A stretch of DNA of 64,000 nt from Ylistrum balloti (Eukaryota): NCBI RefSeq assembly GCF_031769215.1, contig NW_026782299.1:3100001-3164000 (forward strand), written 5' to 3'. The translations under genes were made by a program, and so were the position numbers. Numbering within the stretch: the stretch's first letter is position 1; each line of letters opens with the position of its first letter. This document shows, in pieces, positions 35,650 to 49,400 of this stretch. The notes beneath the pieces were generated by a model. The model was not told the origin of the DNA and searched no databases. It saw only the letters and a program-made list of their open reading frames with translations.

Positions 35650-37104
35650 TGAAACACGATGGGATGTCCTGTGCTTCAAAAGTTTTATACGCCAAGTCTT
35701 GTTCATTGGCAGGAATGATATGACATAATCAAATCAAGACAAAGAAGATGTCCTTTATAAATAAGTCTGATGGACTCTCGCAAAAAATAAATTCATTGTA
35801 ATCGTACAAAAGTCAATTTAATGAATATTTTTAATATGTCATTTACTACGATTATCTAATGGAGCTTTATATTTTAATGGTTGGTTAAAAAATCCCATGT
35901 TATCAAATGAAGGGTTTTGTTTGTTGCTGACATGATTTATTTTAATATACTTTCTTGCTTGATTTTATTTTGTTTGGGACATAAACTGTAACGTATTTTA
36001 TTGTTAACTTTTTGTATTTCATCATCATTATCATTGTCTTCTGCAAACAATTGATGTTATTTGTTTTCAGTTACCTAGATTGTAATAACAAGTCGTCTAC
36101 CCCAAGATTATAATGAACTTGCCAGAAGAAAACTTCGGTTCATTAATTCGAAGTAAGCTGAAGATACATGACGATATGATTTTGTGAACTTAATAACAAA
36201 TCGACTATGGAGATGGCTTAATATAAGATTTATAATATTGTTGTCAGATCCATTTTCAATTTTATAATTTGTGTATGTGTATGTTGTAAATGAAAATCTG
36301 AAAATAAAATATTGTTTAAACCAAATCGACTATGCATTTACAACGGACTTCTTGTGCTTCATTATAGCAAAATCAGTTTAAATGTATGATGAAATGATTT
36401 GTGATCATAAATACCAGTCTATCTTTGCATTGATAACGGACCGTGTAGTGACTTGAAATTACATTAAGTTTTGGGGAACTACTTGGAGGTATATGTGGGG
36501 TTTTAAGCAATGTACGTATCGATTTAGCTATTCATCATGTAAAAGTAATTTCTCACAAGATGATTTTTTCAAAGCAAACCATGACATTTAAAGCTTGATT
36601 TATGTAAATACAACAAAATGAATTGGATATTACACCTATATAACCATGTACCAAGCTACATGTTTGACAAGAGCAAGCTATGGCTTTGAATCTGACGTTT
36701 TTGTGAGACATTTAATAGCCGAAGTAAGAAGGACTTGACACATGATGTCTTAATACCATATGTGAGAAGGCTCATACCTACAAATAACCTTTTAGTTGAA
36801 CTTCGTCCGTACATCGTCACGATCAATTATTATACACAATCATTTTATGCTATCATCTCATTTGTTTTGTTTTAACAATTAATATGTCTTTTGAAATTTG
36901 TCGATCTGAATTTGTTTTGGAGAATGTGAATAAAGCCTTAGTCCTTCATTCTTGTTCTTGTGTTTGTGTATGATGTTTTTAATAAACATAGGTGTCAATT
37001 TAGACTTATTCACATCATTAGTGCTGGATCCTTGTGGGGAGGTTTTACGATCGTCATTCACATTATCATATTTCCTTGTGTATTCTACTTGATTCCGTTG
37101 TTGT

Positions 37105-37215
37105 TTTCCTTGTCCTCATCTGGGAGTCTGACATTACTTACTTGGAATGACCAAGATTTATATGGCGATAGTTGTCGATGAAGCAGCAAATGCTTACTCA
37201 TGCAGAACAGTCTAC
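37105..37215 (+). mobile_element. Inverted copy of the Penelope-like 3' terminal motif
   Basis: ctgacattactacttggaatgaccaagatttatatggcga..gtcgatgaagcagcaaatgcttactcatg aligns with the reverse complement of 37510-37600. Confidence 0.55.
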
Positions 37216-37489
37216 AGTTAAATCTCTCTTTTGTTCATATTTCATTGAATTGGAGTGTGGATTAAGGTTCTGTTGACATGTCGGCGATTTCGTTGTTGTT
37301 TAAGTTAATTTAGCAAAGCATTTCGTATTGTTTTTATTCAAATTTGCGCTGTCGTTATACATTAAATATCTTGATGTTTAAGCAGACCAAACCGCTGATC
37401 TGGCGGTGTAGTAGCAACACACCCGTCTTTTATCTAGGAGAACGGTATTGATTTCATATATCGAACATAAAAAAGGCTCAGGAAAAAAG

Positions 37490-38165
37490 TACAAGGAAAA
37501 TAAGACCATGTGATCCATGAGTGTAAGCCTGTTCTGATTCGTCGATGACACCCGCCATGTAAACCTTGGTCAATCCAAGTCAGTATTGTCAGGTTCTCAG
37601 GCGATAACAAGGTATACAACAACGGAACCAACAGACAAACTAATGTAGCATCAAACACGTCCAATATCTTATACCATAAAGAAATAGAAATAGTATACTT
37701 CTCAATGAGATCACTTTGACAGCCGTAACACTTCATCAAAATTTTAATGAGTCTAAATCCTCTTAAACCCTGTGCAACGACCACGAAAATCGTGATTACG
37801 GAAGGCGCTTGAATGTCGAATCAACTGCGACATGATAACATCTGAAGGTGGCGATGGGGAAACGTTGCCATTCAGTAATGGAAAATGCACGGTAGGGAAA
37901 TTGAAATAGTTGTCTTTGTGACCTATTTTAATAAGCTCTTCGATAAATTCGTATGAAAACAAAAACAAGTCTGCCAATAGAGGACAAAGTTAGTTCCTAT
38001 AGGTATGCCATAAGTCTGGTGGGATATCTTACCACTAAACTCGACGAAGGTATTATCAACTAGAAACTCGATCATTTTTATGATATCGTCTGCTGCATAT
38101 ATCTTCGATTTGGGACCATTTAAACTATACAACGGCAATGACGCCTTGTTTGCAACTAAAGTAGG
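37490..38165 (-). mobile_element. Decayed Penelope-like retroelement (RT fragment plus 3' UTR)
   Basis: Fragments across frameshifts read DDIIKMIEFLVDNTFVEFSGKISHQTYGIPIGTN, ADLFLFSYE, KDNYFNFPTVHFPLLNGNVSPSPPSDVIMSQLIRHS and MKCYGCQSDLIEKY. These match the PLE RT pattern GIPMGTNCAPLLADLFLYSYE..KRDDFNFPIVNFP..SQLIRY..KFYGRH.DLV. The YIDD-containing segment is deleted. Confidence 0.8.
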
Positions 38166-40005
38166 AAAGCCAATCGTGCAATTTACTTAAAAGTTATGAC
38201 GGTTTATCTAGTGGATATGGTTAAAATATCTTGAAATATTTATAAGCTCCACATCATCCATCATGTGATTAGGGAAAATCCAGTGCTATATTTTTTGTGT
38301 CCTTGAACAAAGGACTTTGCCCCTAACTGCTTTGGATGAAATGCGTTGGGCCTTTGAGATGGTATTCTGTAAGGAAGTCATAAACTGTGAAATGGAGATT
38401 GCACACTGAAATTTCTAGGAGCGAGTAACCCAGTTAATGAACAAATCAACTAATTCCTTTCGTTGAAACAAGACGTTTCAATCAGTTGGTTTTCGTTAAA
38501 GTTATATTTCCAATAGCACTGATACGAAAAAATTATTTCTACATACTAGGGCAGATGTGCACGCCATCACTGTATACGTTTGTTGGGAAACATGATAACA
38601 TTCATTATCTTAAAAAGTTATCGCTGAAAGATACGAATTTATATGGAACGTACCTATTCTTGACAATATACACAGCCATTTTACAAAACTGAGATCCGTT
38701 ACTAACCTTAATTAATCTGAAACCTCTTCCTATTTTGTTTGTTAAAAATGTATTTAGAAAAATAACAACATCTCCCTTATTCAATTAAAGGGACAATTAA
38801 AATTCGTCCAACATAATCTGAGTTCATGAGGCATTTCTGGTTTCCCCATGAAAATAACTATCTAAAACATATTGATGAGTGTTATGATAAATACCTGATT
38901 ATACAGCTTCGAGAATAAATGACATTTACTTCCACATAAAATTAGGTTATGAAGTTGATATTTGTCAACGAAATACTAAATATCTGTCAAGAACTCAAAG
39001 TTGACATGCCTACAAGCACGTGTCACAGGACACGTGTCTGATGGTAAATGTTAGCTGCCAGATGACACATTTTTTATTTGTTTAATAAGCAGTTAAATAT
39101 CTATCGAGTGCCTTTCCACTATACAATTGTAGAATTGAACACGTAATTGTAGCTAACAAACATGTCGCAATGTGTTTTGGGGGCAGAATGTATTTGTCTA
39201 TCTTTATTTTTAATAAAACCATCATGCGTTGGTCCTTAAAAAGTTTTAGTTATTGCTAGTCCTTGTGAAGTGAAGCACAGATATTTCTGAAATTTCATAC
39301 CCTTGTTAACCTCTGTGCCTAGTTGTGTTTTAGGTTTAGGTTTTTTGGTTTAGGGATTGATCAGATTAAACAATAGATGACGGACATCCGTCTTAGATTT
39401 TAACAATGAATTTTTGTTATTGTAATTTCTGGAGAAGTGCTAGGTGGATCTTTTTTTTCAAATTTTGCTGCGCCAGCTTCATTTTGGGACATATTAAATG
39501 TGGTTAACAGGAGGTTATCTTCGATTTTTTTATGAAAGTTTGTTATCGCTATTTCTTTACTATTACTTACTTAATTTTACTATAGGATTAATTCATCTGT
39601 CGATACAACTACAACTTATACTGTAGAGCAGATAAGAGGCATTTAGAGAAAGAATCGAAAAGATTCAACTTACAAAGAGTCAGCAAAAACCAAATAATGA
39701 CGTACGCCAAGATCACTCTGTGATCTCTTATTCAAAATATCTTCTTTATATACATTGTACAGTTGTTACCTGTTCAATTCACTTGTATCTTAAAATGACA
39801 TGCAATTAAGTATTGTGATCTATTATTTACAATTATTATAGAAAACGGAAATCAGTAAATGAAGAATAATATAGAAATGTATATAAAATAATTAAGATGC
39901 AATATTGAAATATATATCTAAAATCTAAACGAAATAAACAATCGTGATGAGACGTTTGAAAGATTATGCAAAGGACACAAAAGTGAATAACATATCTTAG
40001 TTTAA

Positions 40006-40172
40006 AGTTAGGGTTTGATACATCAGGGCCAAAAATGAATTCAACGGCATCATAGAGCTTCGTCTCGTCAGTGATATCATATATCAAAACAAAAAGAATA
40101 AAAACATTTGTTCCGAAATGGAAGGGCAAGCGGTTTGCTGCTTTGACGTCAGCATCCGGCGTGATAATCTTA
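40006..40172 (-). mobile_element. Penelope-like 3' motif directly followed by a degenerate hammerhead motif
   Basis: On the minus strand, aagattatcacgccggatgctgacgtcaaagcagcaaaccgcttgcccttcc..tttttattc (homologous to 12520-12595) is followed by ATCA CTGACGA G-ACGAA-GCTCTA TGAT gccgttgaattcatt..tgtatcaaaccct. Stem II is deleted. Confidence 0.55.
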
Positions 40173-42082
40173 TAATAGAAAAAATCTCAGATCTGACGTA
40201 GAACAGACCATTGACCTATGATAGTTTTAGGAAAGGGTGGGGTGATTTATTTGTTTGAGGTAAATTGAAGTAGGCCGTTGTTAAACGCGCATTTCCTACA
40301 CTGATGTATGCACGTTTCCAGTCTACATTTACTACAAATATCATCTAAGTCATGTTTAGCATGTAAAGATGTATAGTCATCGGCGCGTGATCCAATGTCA
40401 CAGGTCACAAGGCACCAATGGGATGAAAGTTAAAGTTATATTTTAATTAGCCAATTTGACAAAGTCGGTATCTAATTGACGATGTTAATAGTGACATTTA
40501 TTGACTTTCACGTGGTTTACTAACAGGCGTAACAGGCCTTCGCAACGAGTAAAGCAACTTCCGTCAGGATTTAAGAGGCAGTGCGATCAAACTGTATCTT
40601 CAATATTAATTATATAGAAATGTAATGAAATCAGTCTTTTATATTAATGATTGCACAAAAGGCACATTAGTGAATAACACCTTTTCATAACATAACTTTC
40701 CAACATGTCTTCCCATTTCAATTCATGAATAATCCTGATGCGGTTTTTTAGTCCGTTTTAATCAAGAAAAAAAAAAGAAGAAACTGAAATGAGAGTATTA
40801 CTTACAAAAATAAAGTGGAGTTTGAAATCATTCAAATCTATTGCAACATTTAGATGACTTTAATAATGATATAACATGTATATAAAACATTATAGTTATA
40901 AGAATAAACACATTGTATGTACATTTGTATGCATCGTAAAAATTCACATTCGTATGCAATATTTCAAAGGCTTTCAACACAGAAGAAATATATTACTTCA
41001 TCTCAAAATCATTAAAAACCGCGAATTCAGTGAAAACAAACAATAACATACTTTCATCTAATATGTTTTCTTATTTTCAGTAATACCCGGTATACATTTT
41101 TATTTTTGCTTTTAGAAAATCGAAGGCAGAAAAGATTGACAAAACAATGGTATTTCTAAGACACACAGCCTATAGAAATTCTACTGATTTGTTCTAAATC
41201 AACATTATTGAAAATATTACTATAAGAATCAATTAAATCAACAGAATTTGGAATGTGATTTTTATAGAATTTCTAAATGACCGCGAGTCGGTGTGAATAC
41301 CAGTTGTGTCAATGTGACAGGATTCTTCAGATGAGTATTGAAATAGATTGTTTTAAAAACTAATTTGACAATAAACGATATATTTTAAAAGACTTTTCAA
41401 TATATTTTTTTCAATAATGCTCAAACATATCTATATGACTTGAAATCGTCATTAATATACAAATGTCGTTCTGATGAAAGTTTATATATAACAAATATGT
41501 AAGAACAAATTTCAAAATGGCTTGAGCATTCAAACACCATCATAAAATTATTATATGCAGAAAAATAATGCCGTTTTTTCTCATTAGAGTGAATGAATCT
41601 TCAAATTATTTATTTCAGTGGAAGTTTATTCAATGCTTGAGAAAAATCCAGTTCCCCTCCATAGTCCCTTCTCATTAATTCGAAACTGGAATAAATCGCA
41701 ACCAAATGTTAGAACCTGTCATTAAGGTGTCTGTTGCACTTTTCGAGATCACAACCCTGTTATAATCTTGATGAACTTTGTCAGGTGTAAGTATCTGGTT
41801 TCATATTTCAGTCAGGTCTTTTCCTATGTCCACAGCCATAAACAGCCATTAAATAGTCTAAATAATATGCAAATGTCGTTAATGTCAATCAATCATTATG
41901 CCCATTAGGATTAATTAGTAGGCGAATTCGTTCTGACCTAAGAATAGTTAATTGCTAATTATTTTTATCAATTACATTCAAAGAACAAATTCTAAAAATG
42001 TATAAATAAAACTGTCTAGCTTCTATTGCATACCGTCATAATCATATGACGGAAATTTGTATCAAATTAGCATAATATATAA

Positions 42083-42088
42083 TATAAA
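42083..42088 (+). promoter_or_regulatory. Candidate TATA box of paralog 3
   Basis: TATAAA about 30 nt upstream of an Inr-like cattcact and about 60 nt upstream of the ATG micro-exon at 42149. Confidence 0.35.
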
Positions 42089-42148
42089 GTGTATGAACTC
42101 TACTGCCTTGTGCATTCACTAGCTCTTCATTGCCAGATTGGATCCGTC

Positions 42149-45100
42149 ATGGTAAGAGATATAGTATTGTTCAAGTCTGTCAATCATCAATAATGCATCA
42201 ACGTTTTATCTAAATGATACGAAAATAATATCATTGTATATGTATGCAAGAATGATATCACAATTGCGGATGTTCCATGAGATTTTCCAGTTGAAAACAA
42301 ACTGCTTTATCATTTTAGATGACTGAACAGTAAATTGTAAGATGTAATTTCATTCATAGAATTATTCCTTGTTAAATGTCCCTGCTAACAGAGTATTGGT
42401 TACGGTCCACACTCTTGGTAGAAATATTGATAGGGGCAAAGTTATAGAATATACAAAGTTGACGCAGTTTTAAGCAACAATTTAGTTTTGTATCATTTCA
42501 TCACAATACAATAACAAAACGAAATGTAAATCGTTAGTACGAATCTCAGATAAGTTCACACAATCATTTAGTTCAATATTTATTTCATTTCACAATTTTT
42601 CACACTGAAAAGGTTCGCATAAGTGATATGTCGAGTTTCTTCTTCAATGTTTTGTTACAGTACATGTTTCCCTTTTGTTTCGAACTTTGGCATTTTTTCA
42701 AACATGACCTTTAGTTTTGTTTTCTTTACTTTGTGAAAGATTTCCGGAAGTATGTGGCTCGTCTTCCTTGTCGCAGTACTTCTTGGGTTTATGACCGGAA
42801 CAACCAATGGCTTTGTCGAGCAAATATCTATGCCGGATGAGTTGCAGGAATGTTACAAATATCAGACACAGAACATAGATTTCACTCAGAAGCCTTCCCA
42901 GGAGATAAACATGTTCTGTATTACTCAATACCTTTACAAGACTGCCCACCTTCGGCCACAACGACCCGTGACAAACGAAACCATTGCCTACGTTGGTGAA
43001 CTCATGCGACGGGTCATCAGCAAACACGGGAAAAAAAGCAATAGGTCTAAAAGGCAAGGTTTTCCTGGTGCAAGCATTATGGGTGTAAGGAGAGAAATTA
43101 GAACTCTTTCACGTCGGGAATGGGACACACTCGTGTACAGACTCAACCAACTTCAGCAACCAATTGTGAGTAAAGTGATGCCCTAAGAACGTTTCCATTA
43201 TAAATTTGTTTTCCTCATTATTTACACTTCAATGTACGATTATGACATGGCTGCCGTGACCTCGAAGTGATTTGAAATCATTTGCAACTTTTCTGTTAAC
43301 GTTGTTAAATTTACATGGTCATGGAATCCTGGCATACCCTCGAGGTTTTACGGCACGAATTTGAAACAATTCAAACAATGTAATCTCGAAACAGTATCTT
43401 TAAACACACTTTATGGTAAGTATCTTCTGCTTTTTCGTGACACGATCTTAATATAACTTTAACATACCAATTAATGTCATGTTATCTAAAAGATAACTAC
43501 GGTAAATTAAACGAAACCACCAAACACCACATCAAGCCAAACTTTCAGTCATATATGGTGATAAGACAGATGCGAGCTGTAATTTTGTTTCGCGTTACTA
43601 TACCTATTTAAGATTATATTTACGTGTTCAAGTTATTTTCAAAGTCTTTTATTTCATTCCAAGTGCATTTTATATTCCTATAAAATCGGTGAAAGTCTCG
43701 AATTGCCAGACGGATTACAATGGTGTCCATTTCCAGATATGTATTGTTCCTTCCGCTTTCGATTCCACACCTTAGGGCGGTGAAAAAAATTAGTAATCTA
43801 AAACGGTCGAAGCACCGATATGTTAATGTTTTAGTTAGTTCTTTGAGACTAGTCATGTTGTTTAATGAAACCTTTATTTCTACAAGAAGATGACAGTTAC
43901 TAAAATCTTTTAAATATTTTTACTATATCTGTGTCACACCAACAATTATCAACGTTACAATATACGATAATTGCTTAGCCATACAAAGCAACACATTTAT
44001 TCAGAAATTTTCTCTCCGATTAAACAAACAAACAAACACCTACCTCTCCTACCCCTCCCCTTCCAAAAAATATTCCTTCAATTCCTATAATTCACGCAAT
44101 CTCCCAGGACCTCCTCGCGGCTCATAGATAAGGTAGTATGTAAATAAGATGTTATGTAGGGTTCGTTGGGGGTTAATATGATGACCTCAGCTGTATAATA
44201 CGCAATTACACAGCAACAATTGTATGCTAATGGTGTGCTTAACTGTCTATCAAAATGACCATGCTTTCTAAATACATCACGTAGGTGAGCTGTTTGTGAC
44301 CTGAGATGAGTAATATACCAAGTTGTTATTCAGAGGTCATGTATTAATACCTAATATGCCTGTCATCGTTATCACCATCATTGTCTTTGTTGTCAAATTG
44401 CATAACAATCACTCATTTATAATTATCCCCCATTTCAATTAATATGATGGATAAATATATGAGGATGAAGAACGTCAATATTTTTGGTTCAGTGGATCTT
44501 CTACTAGAATAGCATTTTCCATAATAATAGCATATGAAACACTGAGTGAACTGTCTCCTTTCTTGTTGCAGTTAACCCCTGGCCAGCCTCCCTTCGTGCC
44601 GTACTACGCTATTTGTGAAATGCACATGTCCCCGGCAATCATACAGGCGGCTCACAATGGACCTAACTTCCTCAGCTGGCACCGAATTTACCTACTCTTG
44701 TAAGTAATATATGTTGTAAAAGAAAGGCATTCTATCTAGACATGGTGATTTTGGTACCCTTGTATCCTATATCATTGGACAAGATTCTGTTTTCTATTTT
44801 TTTAATATCATTTATCTCATTACAATAACAAGTATGTGATCAAAATCAAAGTATCTTTCAATTAGCTGATGTTATTCAAAATATATCAGTTTCCTTCTTT
44901 TCTCTGTAGAATTCAAAATTTGGTTGTTTTTAGATTGGAGGAAGCCTTGGGAATGCCAATACCATATTGGGACAGTCGTCTTGACTACAGAATGCCACAG
45001 CCTACAGACTCCATTGTGTGGACACCAGAGTTCTTCGGGGAAGGATTCGGAAATGTAGCATCTGGTCCTTTTGCCGGATGGCCCCACGTTCCGTCCCCTG

Positions 45101-46416
45101 ATCGCGTACCTCTTCTCCGCAATATAGGAAATGACGGCTCTTTGGTCAGTGATAGAGCAGTAAATGCTATAATGTCGGCTTTTAGTCATTTTGACGTCAC
45201 CGAGCCTGCCCCGCCACCTCAAATGACCTTTGAGGCAATTCATAATGCCGTTCATGTTTGGATTGACGGTCAAATGTCTGGAATTTCGACTTCGCCACAA
45301 GACCCTATCTTCTTCATGCATCACGCGTTTATTGATTATCTTTGGAGTGTGTTTAGAAATGTTGTCCGAAATTCCGGTGTCAACCCAGAAAACGATTATC
45401 CAAGAAAAGGAAATAGAATTCACGCTCCGATGTCACAAATGATTCCCTTCAGCTTGATGAATATTCAGGGTTACCGCAATGACATTGAATCTCCATATGC
45501 ACCATCTCCAACTTGCCCAGAATGTGGCGGTAGCGAGTATCTACAGTGTGTACCTCCCGGATACTGCGTTTCTGTCAGTGGGTTCGCGCCTGGTTTTTCC
45601 AGCACACCACGTGGACGTGGATCACGGCCAGTTCCAGTTAGGCAAAGATTTGAAACTGGACTACGTGATCCTCGTACGCGAGGGGAGGCTACCATGACCA
45701 CCATTGCAGGTCGAAGGCGAAGAAGCGTAAGAGAAACAAACAAAACGACATCTTTTTCAAATGACGCGTCGCAGATGAACAACCCTTATCAAAATACATT
45801 TGTCATTGACGGAGTCAGTGACGTCAACAAATGGTCCTTCGTTCCTGTTAGGATCATATTTGAAAGACCACCTGAAGCAAAATTCGAATCTTTTGTAATG
45901 AAAGATGGGAAATTAGTAAATAATACGGATATGTTTTCACCATCAAAGTACAATAGTTTTAAAGTTGAAATAAAACAGAAAGTTCCAGCAACTTATCCCA
46001 AGTGCCACATTTCCGGTTCCGGGGCATCAAAAGTATTTGTGCAAACAGACGGACTTGATTATTCTGGTAGATATAAAGATTATGCGGTTGTAGATGAGAG
46101 ACTTCCTATTTCTGCATCTATGGCTTACGTTGGAGTGAAACGCCCAGAAAATGGTGCAGCTAAATTTTACATGACAGCTTACGACTCGTGTGGAAGAGTC
46201 TGCAGACCTAGATGTCTTGTAAATGGAAGGTATCAAGAATGTTCCGGAGCTTTTCAGATCTCAACAGCATATCCAAAAATGTACGGAAAGACATATGAAG
46301 AAGCTGTGCAAGGTGTTTGGACAATAGGTGATCAACTTCTCGCTCAATCTCATTCAGCCGAGATCCCGATAGCTTTCATTTGTAAAATCACAAATCAGTG
46401 GCCGTGGCGGTTATAG
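42149..46416 (+). CDS. Tyrosinase-like protein, paralog 3 (~679 aa)
   Basis: Exons are 42149-42151 (ATG|gtaaga, tentative), 42740-43165 (alternative ATG at 42752), 44572-44699 and 44934-46416. It has a signal peptide, CuA EMH..AAHNGPNFLSWHR, PYWD, CuB FEAIHNAVHVW..QDPIFFMHHAFID, and a C-terminal domain ending WPWRL. Confidence 0.92.
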
Positions 46417-49400
46417 GGTTATATGTTATGAGTGAAGTATTAAAAAATGGAAAGGTATACTCTTGTTTGCTTTTTCATATTAAATGTAATAATAGTAACT
46501 TCAACTGTATTCAAGATATTAAAAATTAATGTTAAAGAAACATATGTAGATACCCGGCAATAGATCAATGGAATCACATTCGGTAACATATCAACGTTGC
46601 AAGTGTTTATTTATTTTTTTTAATTTATCTAGGAAATCCCTCTCGTTTTAGAGTTAGCGTCACGTGCGCTACCTTTTTCTAGTAGACAGCATGAGGTCTG
46701 TGGTAGAAAATTGTCAATCGGCGTCAGTACGCGGAGCGCCATTTAAAGATATAAAATAACTTAAATAGACATTGATAACGGTAAGCATACAATAATTAAT
46801 GTCTGTTATAGCTGTTGAACATAGCATGGCTTTCAAGAGAAAGTAATAACGGACATTATTCTTTGATTAAGTGAATAAAGCGAGCGCTTTAGTTCTCAGA
46901 TATTATATCAACAATGAAAAAGGCTTCTTTCGAAACAGGTGTTTCTGAGAAATGGTGTCCTTCGTTTCAATCGTTTTTTAAGTATATATGCAATGCAGAA
47001 ATATTTGATAGTAACGCCGTTAGAGCATCAAAGGTGCATGGTTCGAAGTCATGTACCTGTGAAAGGAATGGTTATGTTCTTGGATACGAGACTTAATCAT
47101 ATTTGCTCTGGATGGCATGTGCCGGGCCTCATATATGTTGTTTATGACTGTTCATAGAGCGATAAAGGCAACTAAGGCAAAATTCCATATAAGGAATGGA
47201 ACAATTAGTACAGCTGATAGGATTAATCTTGTTATTTGCTAAATAAAATCTAGAGTTAAAACTGAAAGAAAATCTAAACCACAAAATAAATATGATGAAT
47301 AAAAATAAAATAAATAAATGTAATTCATAATTTTGATTGTAGCAAATTCCAACTTTCGCACATGTCTTGTGTTTCAGTGAGGTTTGCAGTGGAAATATTT
47401 ATTGTAAATAAGAGAATGGTTATGAAAATAAGGAGTCTCCTCGATAGCATATTACCTAATATAAATATATGAGGTAATATTATGTGCTGTCTTTTAGTTC
47501 CAGCAGTTCTGATCTCGTTGCATAAGTCAATATGCAGCAATAATCATTCGCTTCTGCCAGCGTAAGGAAATGTAGAAGGTTAGTGGCATGGCTTTTATAT
47601 TTTTGTAGACCGACAGTTATAAAACATATTAAAGATAGTTTCTTGTCCGTCAGACTTTCTCAGAGTAACGATTTTAAAAGAAAAAAATATGGGTTGTCTT
47701 TTCCTGGGTAGTTAAAGACAAGAAAAAATAGAAAATGATAATATAGTGTTTTTTAAGTTGAATTTTTAATGACAGTTTAATGTCATGTAAATAAACTAAT
47801 TATCAAAGTATTCTATTGTTTTAGCACAAGAGTCAACAATATAAAATGTTTTTTTAAGTTCAACAGTTTTTCAGAAACTTATAGGAACTTACCTCGTTCA
47901 CCGGTGGGTATACACAGAATCACTGACTTTACTGTTCTCTGTTGTCTAGACCAACCATTGAATTAAAACGTAAGAATGGAGATTCACAGTCCTGGGTTAT
48001 TGTGTAACAGCCTTGACAATCACGTATGCATGCTACAAAACAAATAGATGCACGTTTATGTCACTGACCTGTCATGAACTTAAACATACAGGAAAGGTTG
48101 GAAGAAAATGAAAAACGAAAATTTAATGTTTCTATGCTTAAAAATAACTACAATGGCTCTGTTAAGCTGTACAAACACAGCTTACACAGTTTGACCTGTT
48201 GAAATAAAAAATGAACAAATATATCTTTTCTTAATTCGCTATCATGAATAATAGTAAGTACAAAAATAAATCTGAGATTTATTTAAGTGGAAGATGTCGC
48301 TGATAATATTCGTCATGATAAACAAGGATGAAAAATTGCTATAATTAGTCAGAAATATTACAGATGAAATTCCTTAATATCTCATATGACGAAAATTAGC
48401 AAATATATATGACAAAAATATTTGTCGTATTATACAGCCATTTTCATACCACAACCCCATCATTCATATTAACATAATCACACGCAATATAAACATAACA
48501 AATGAAAGCGGGCTTTCCCCGTGAAGACTTTTCTTCTCTTTGTGAGAAATGAGGTCAGTACCGACTACGATATCCGGATAAAATGTTCTCATATATAGGG
48601 TGTAATAAAACAAATTGTTTAGTGATGTATGTGTTTTAGTTGTTCATTTATGGAATTGTAAAACAAACTGTGTTGAATGTAAACTTTGTTTTTTGAAAAA
48701 TGTCAAAATAGAAAAAAGGAAGGAAGGTTTCCCTAAATTATAACTAGAATATTGAACAAAGGTTCATATCGATGAAGCGTGATTCACTTTTCTATTTTCC
48801 TGTGTCAAGTTCTATGCTGTTGTGCTGCCTTTATGATTTGGCATGTTCAAACAGATGAAAACTGTGTCATGAGTATGAATAATTACTTGTAATGTAAATT
48901 ACGTGAATGTATTTTGGGGTCATAACTTCACTAGGACATCGTGCAGTACAGTTAATTAATAATTTCGAGTTGTACTAGCTTAACAAAATATGCATCCGGG
49001 GTCAGGGCATTTTGTTTATGAAGCACTTCATATGTCATCTTGCTTTAAATAAGATAAATGTCCCGCATGTGTGCTTCCTTTATTTTTTTTTCAAATTGAA
49101 ATGTATTTACAGGAGATCCGTTTACATCACTTAAGTATTAGTAAAATATAAATCCGATACGATACTGCAAAGGTAGTTGTTTTGCAATAGTTCATCATTT
49201 TTCCGATGTTGAGTTTACACAAAGATAACAGTGAAAATGATGTTTCTTTTAGCGGGAGATCGTAACACAGACTATGATTTTTTTCACATTTTTAGGCTAA
49301 ACGTACTCAGTACGCATAGCCTATTGCGACAGCCTTTCAGACAAAATTCACCGTTCCTGGCCTTCTCATTGGCTGAAATATCGAAAAGAGTTAGAGCCCT

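Noticed and set aside
44872-46236. Antisense ORFs overlapping tyrosinase exons (also 3839-4102, 6426-7048, 42698-43057, 55965-56165)
   Set aside because: Shadow ORFs of the coding strand with no recognisable motifs.
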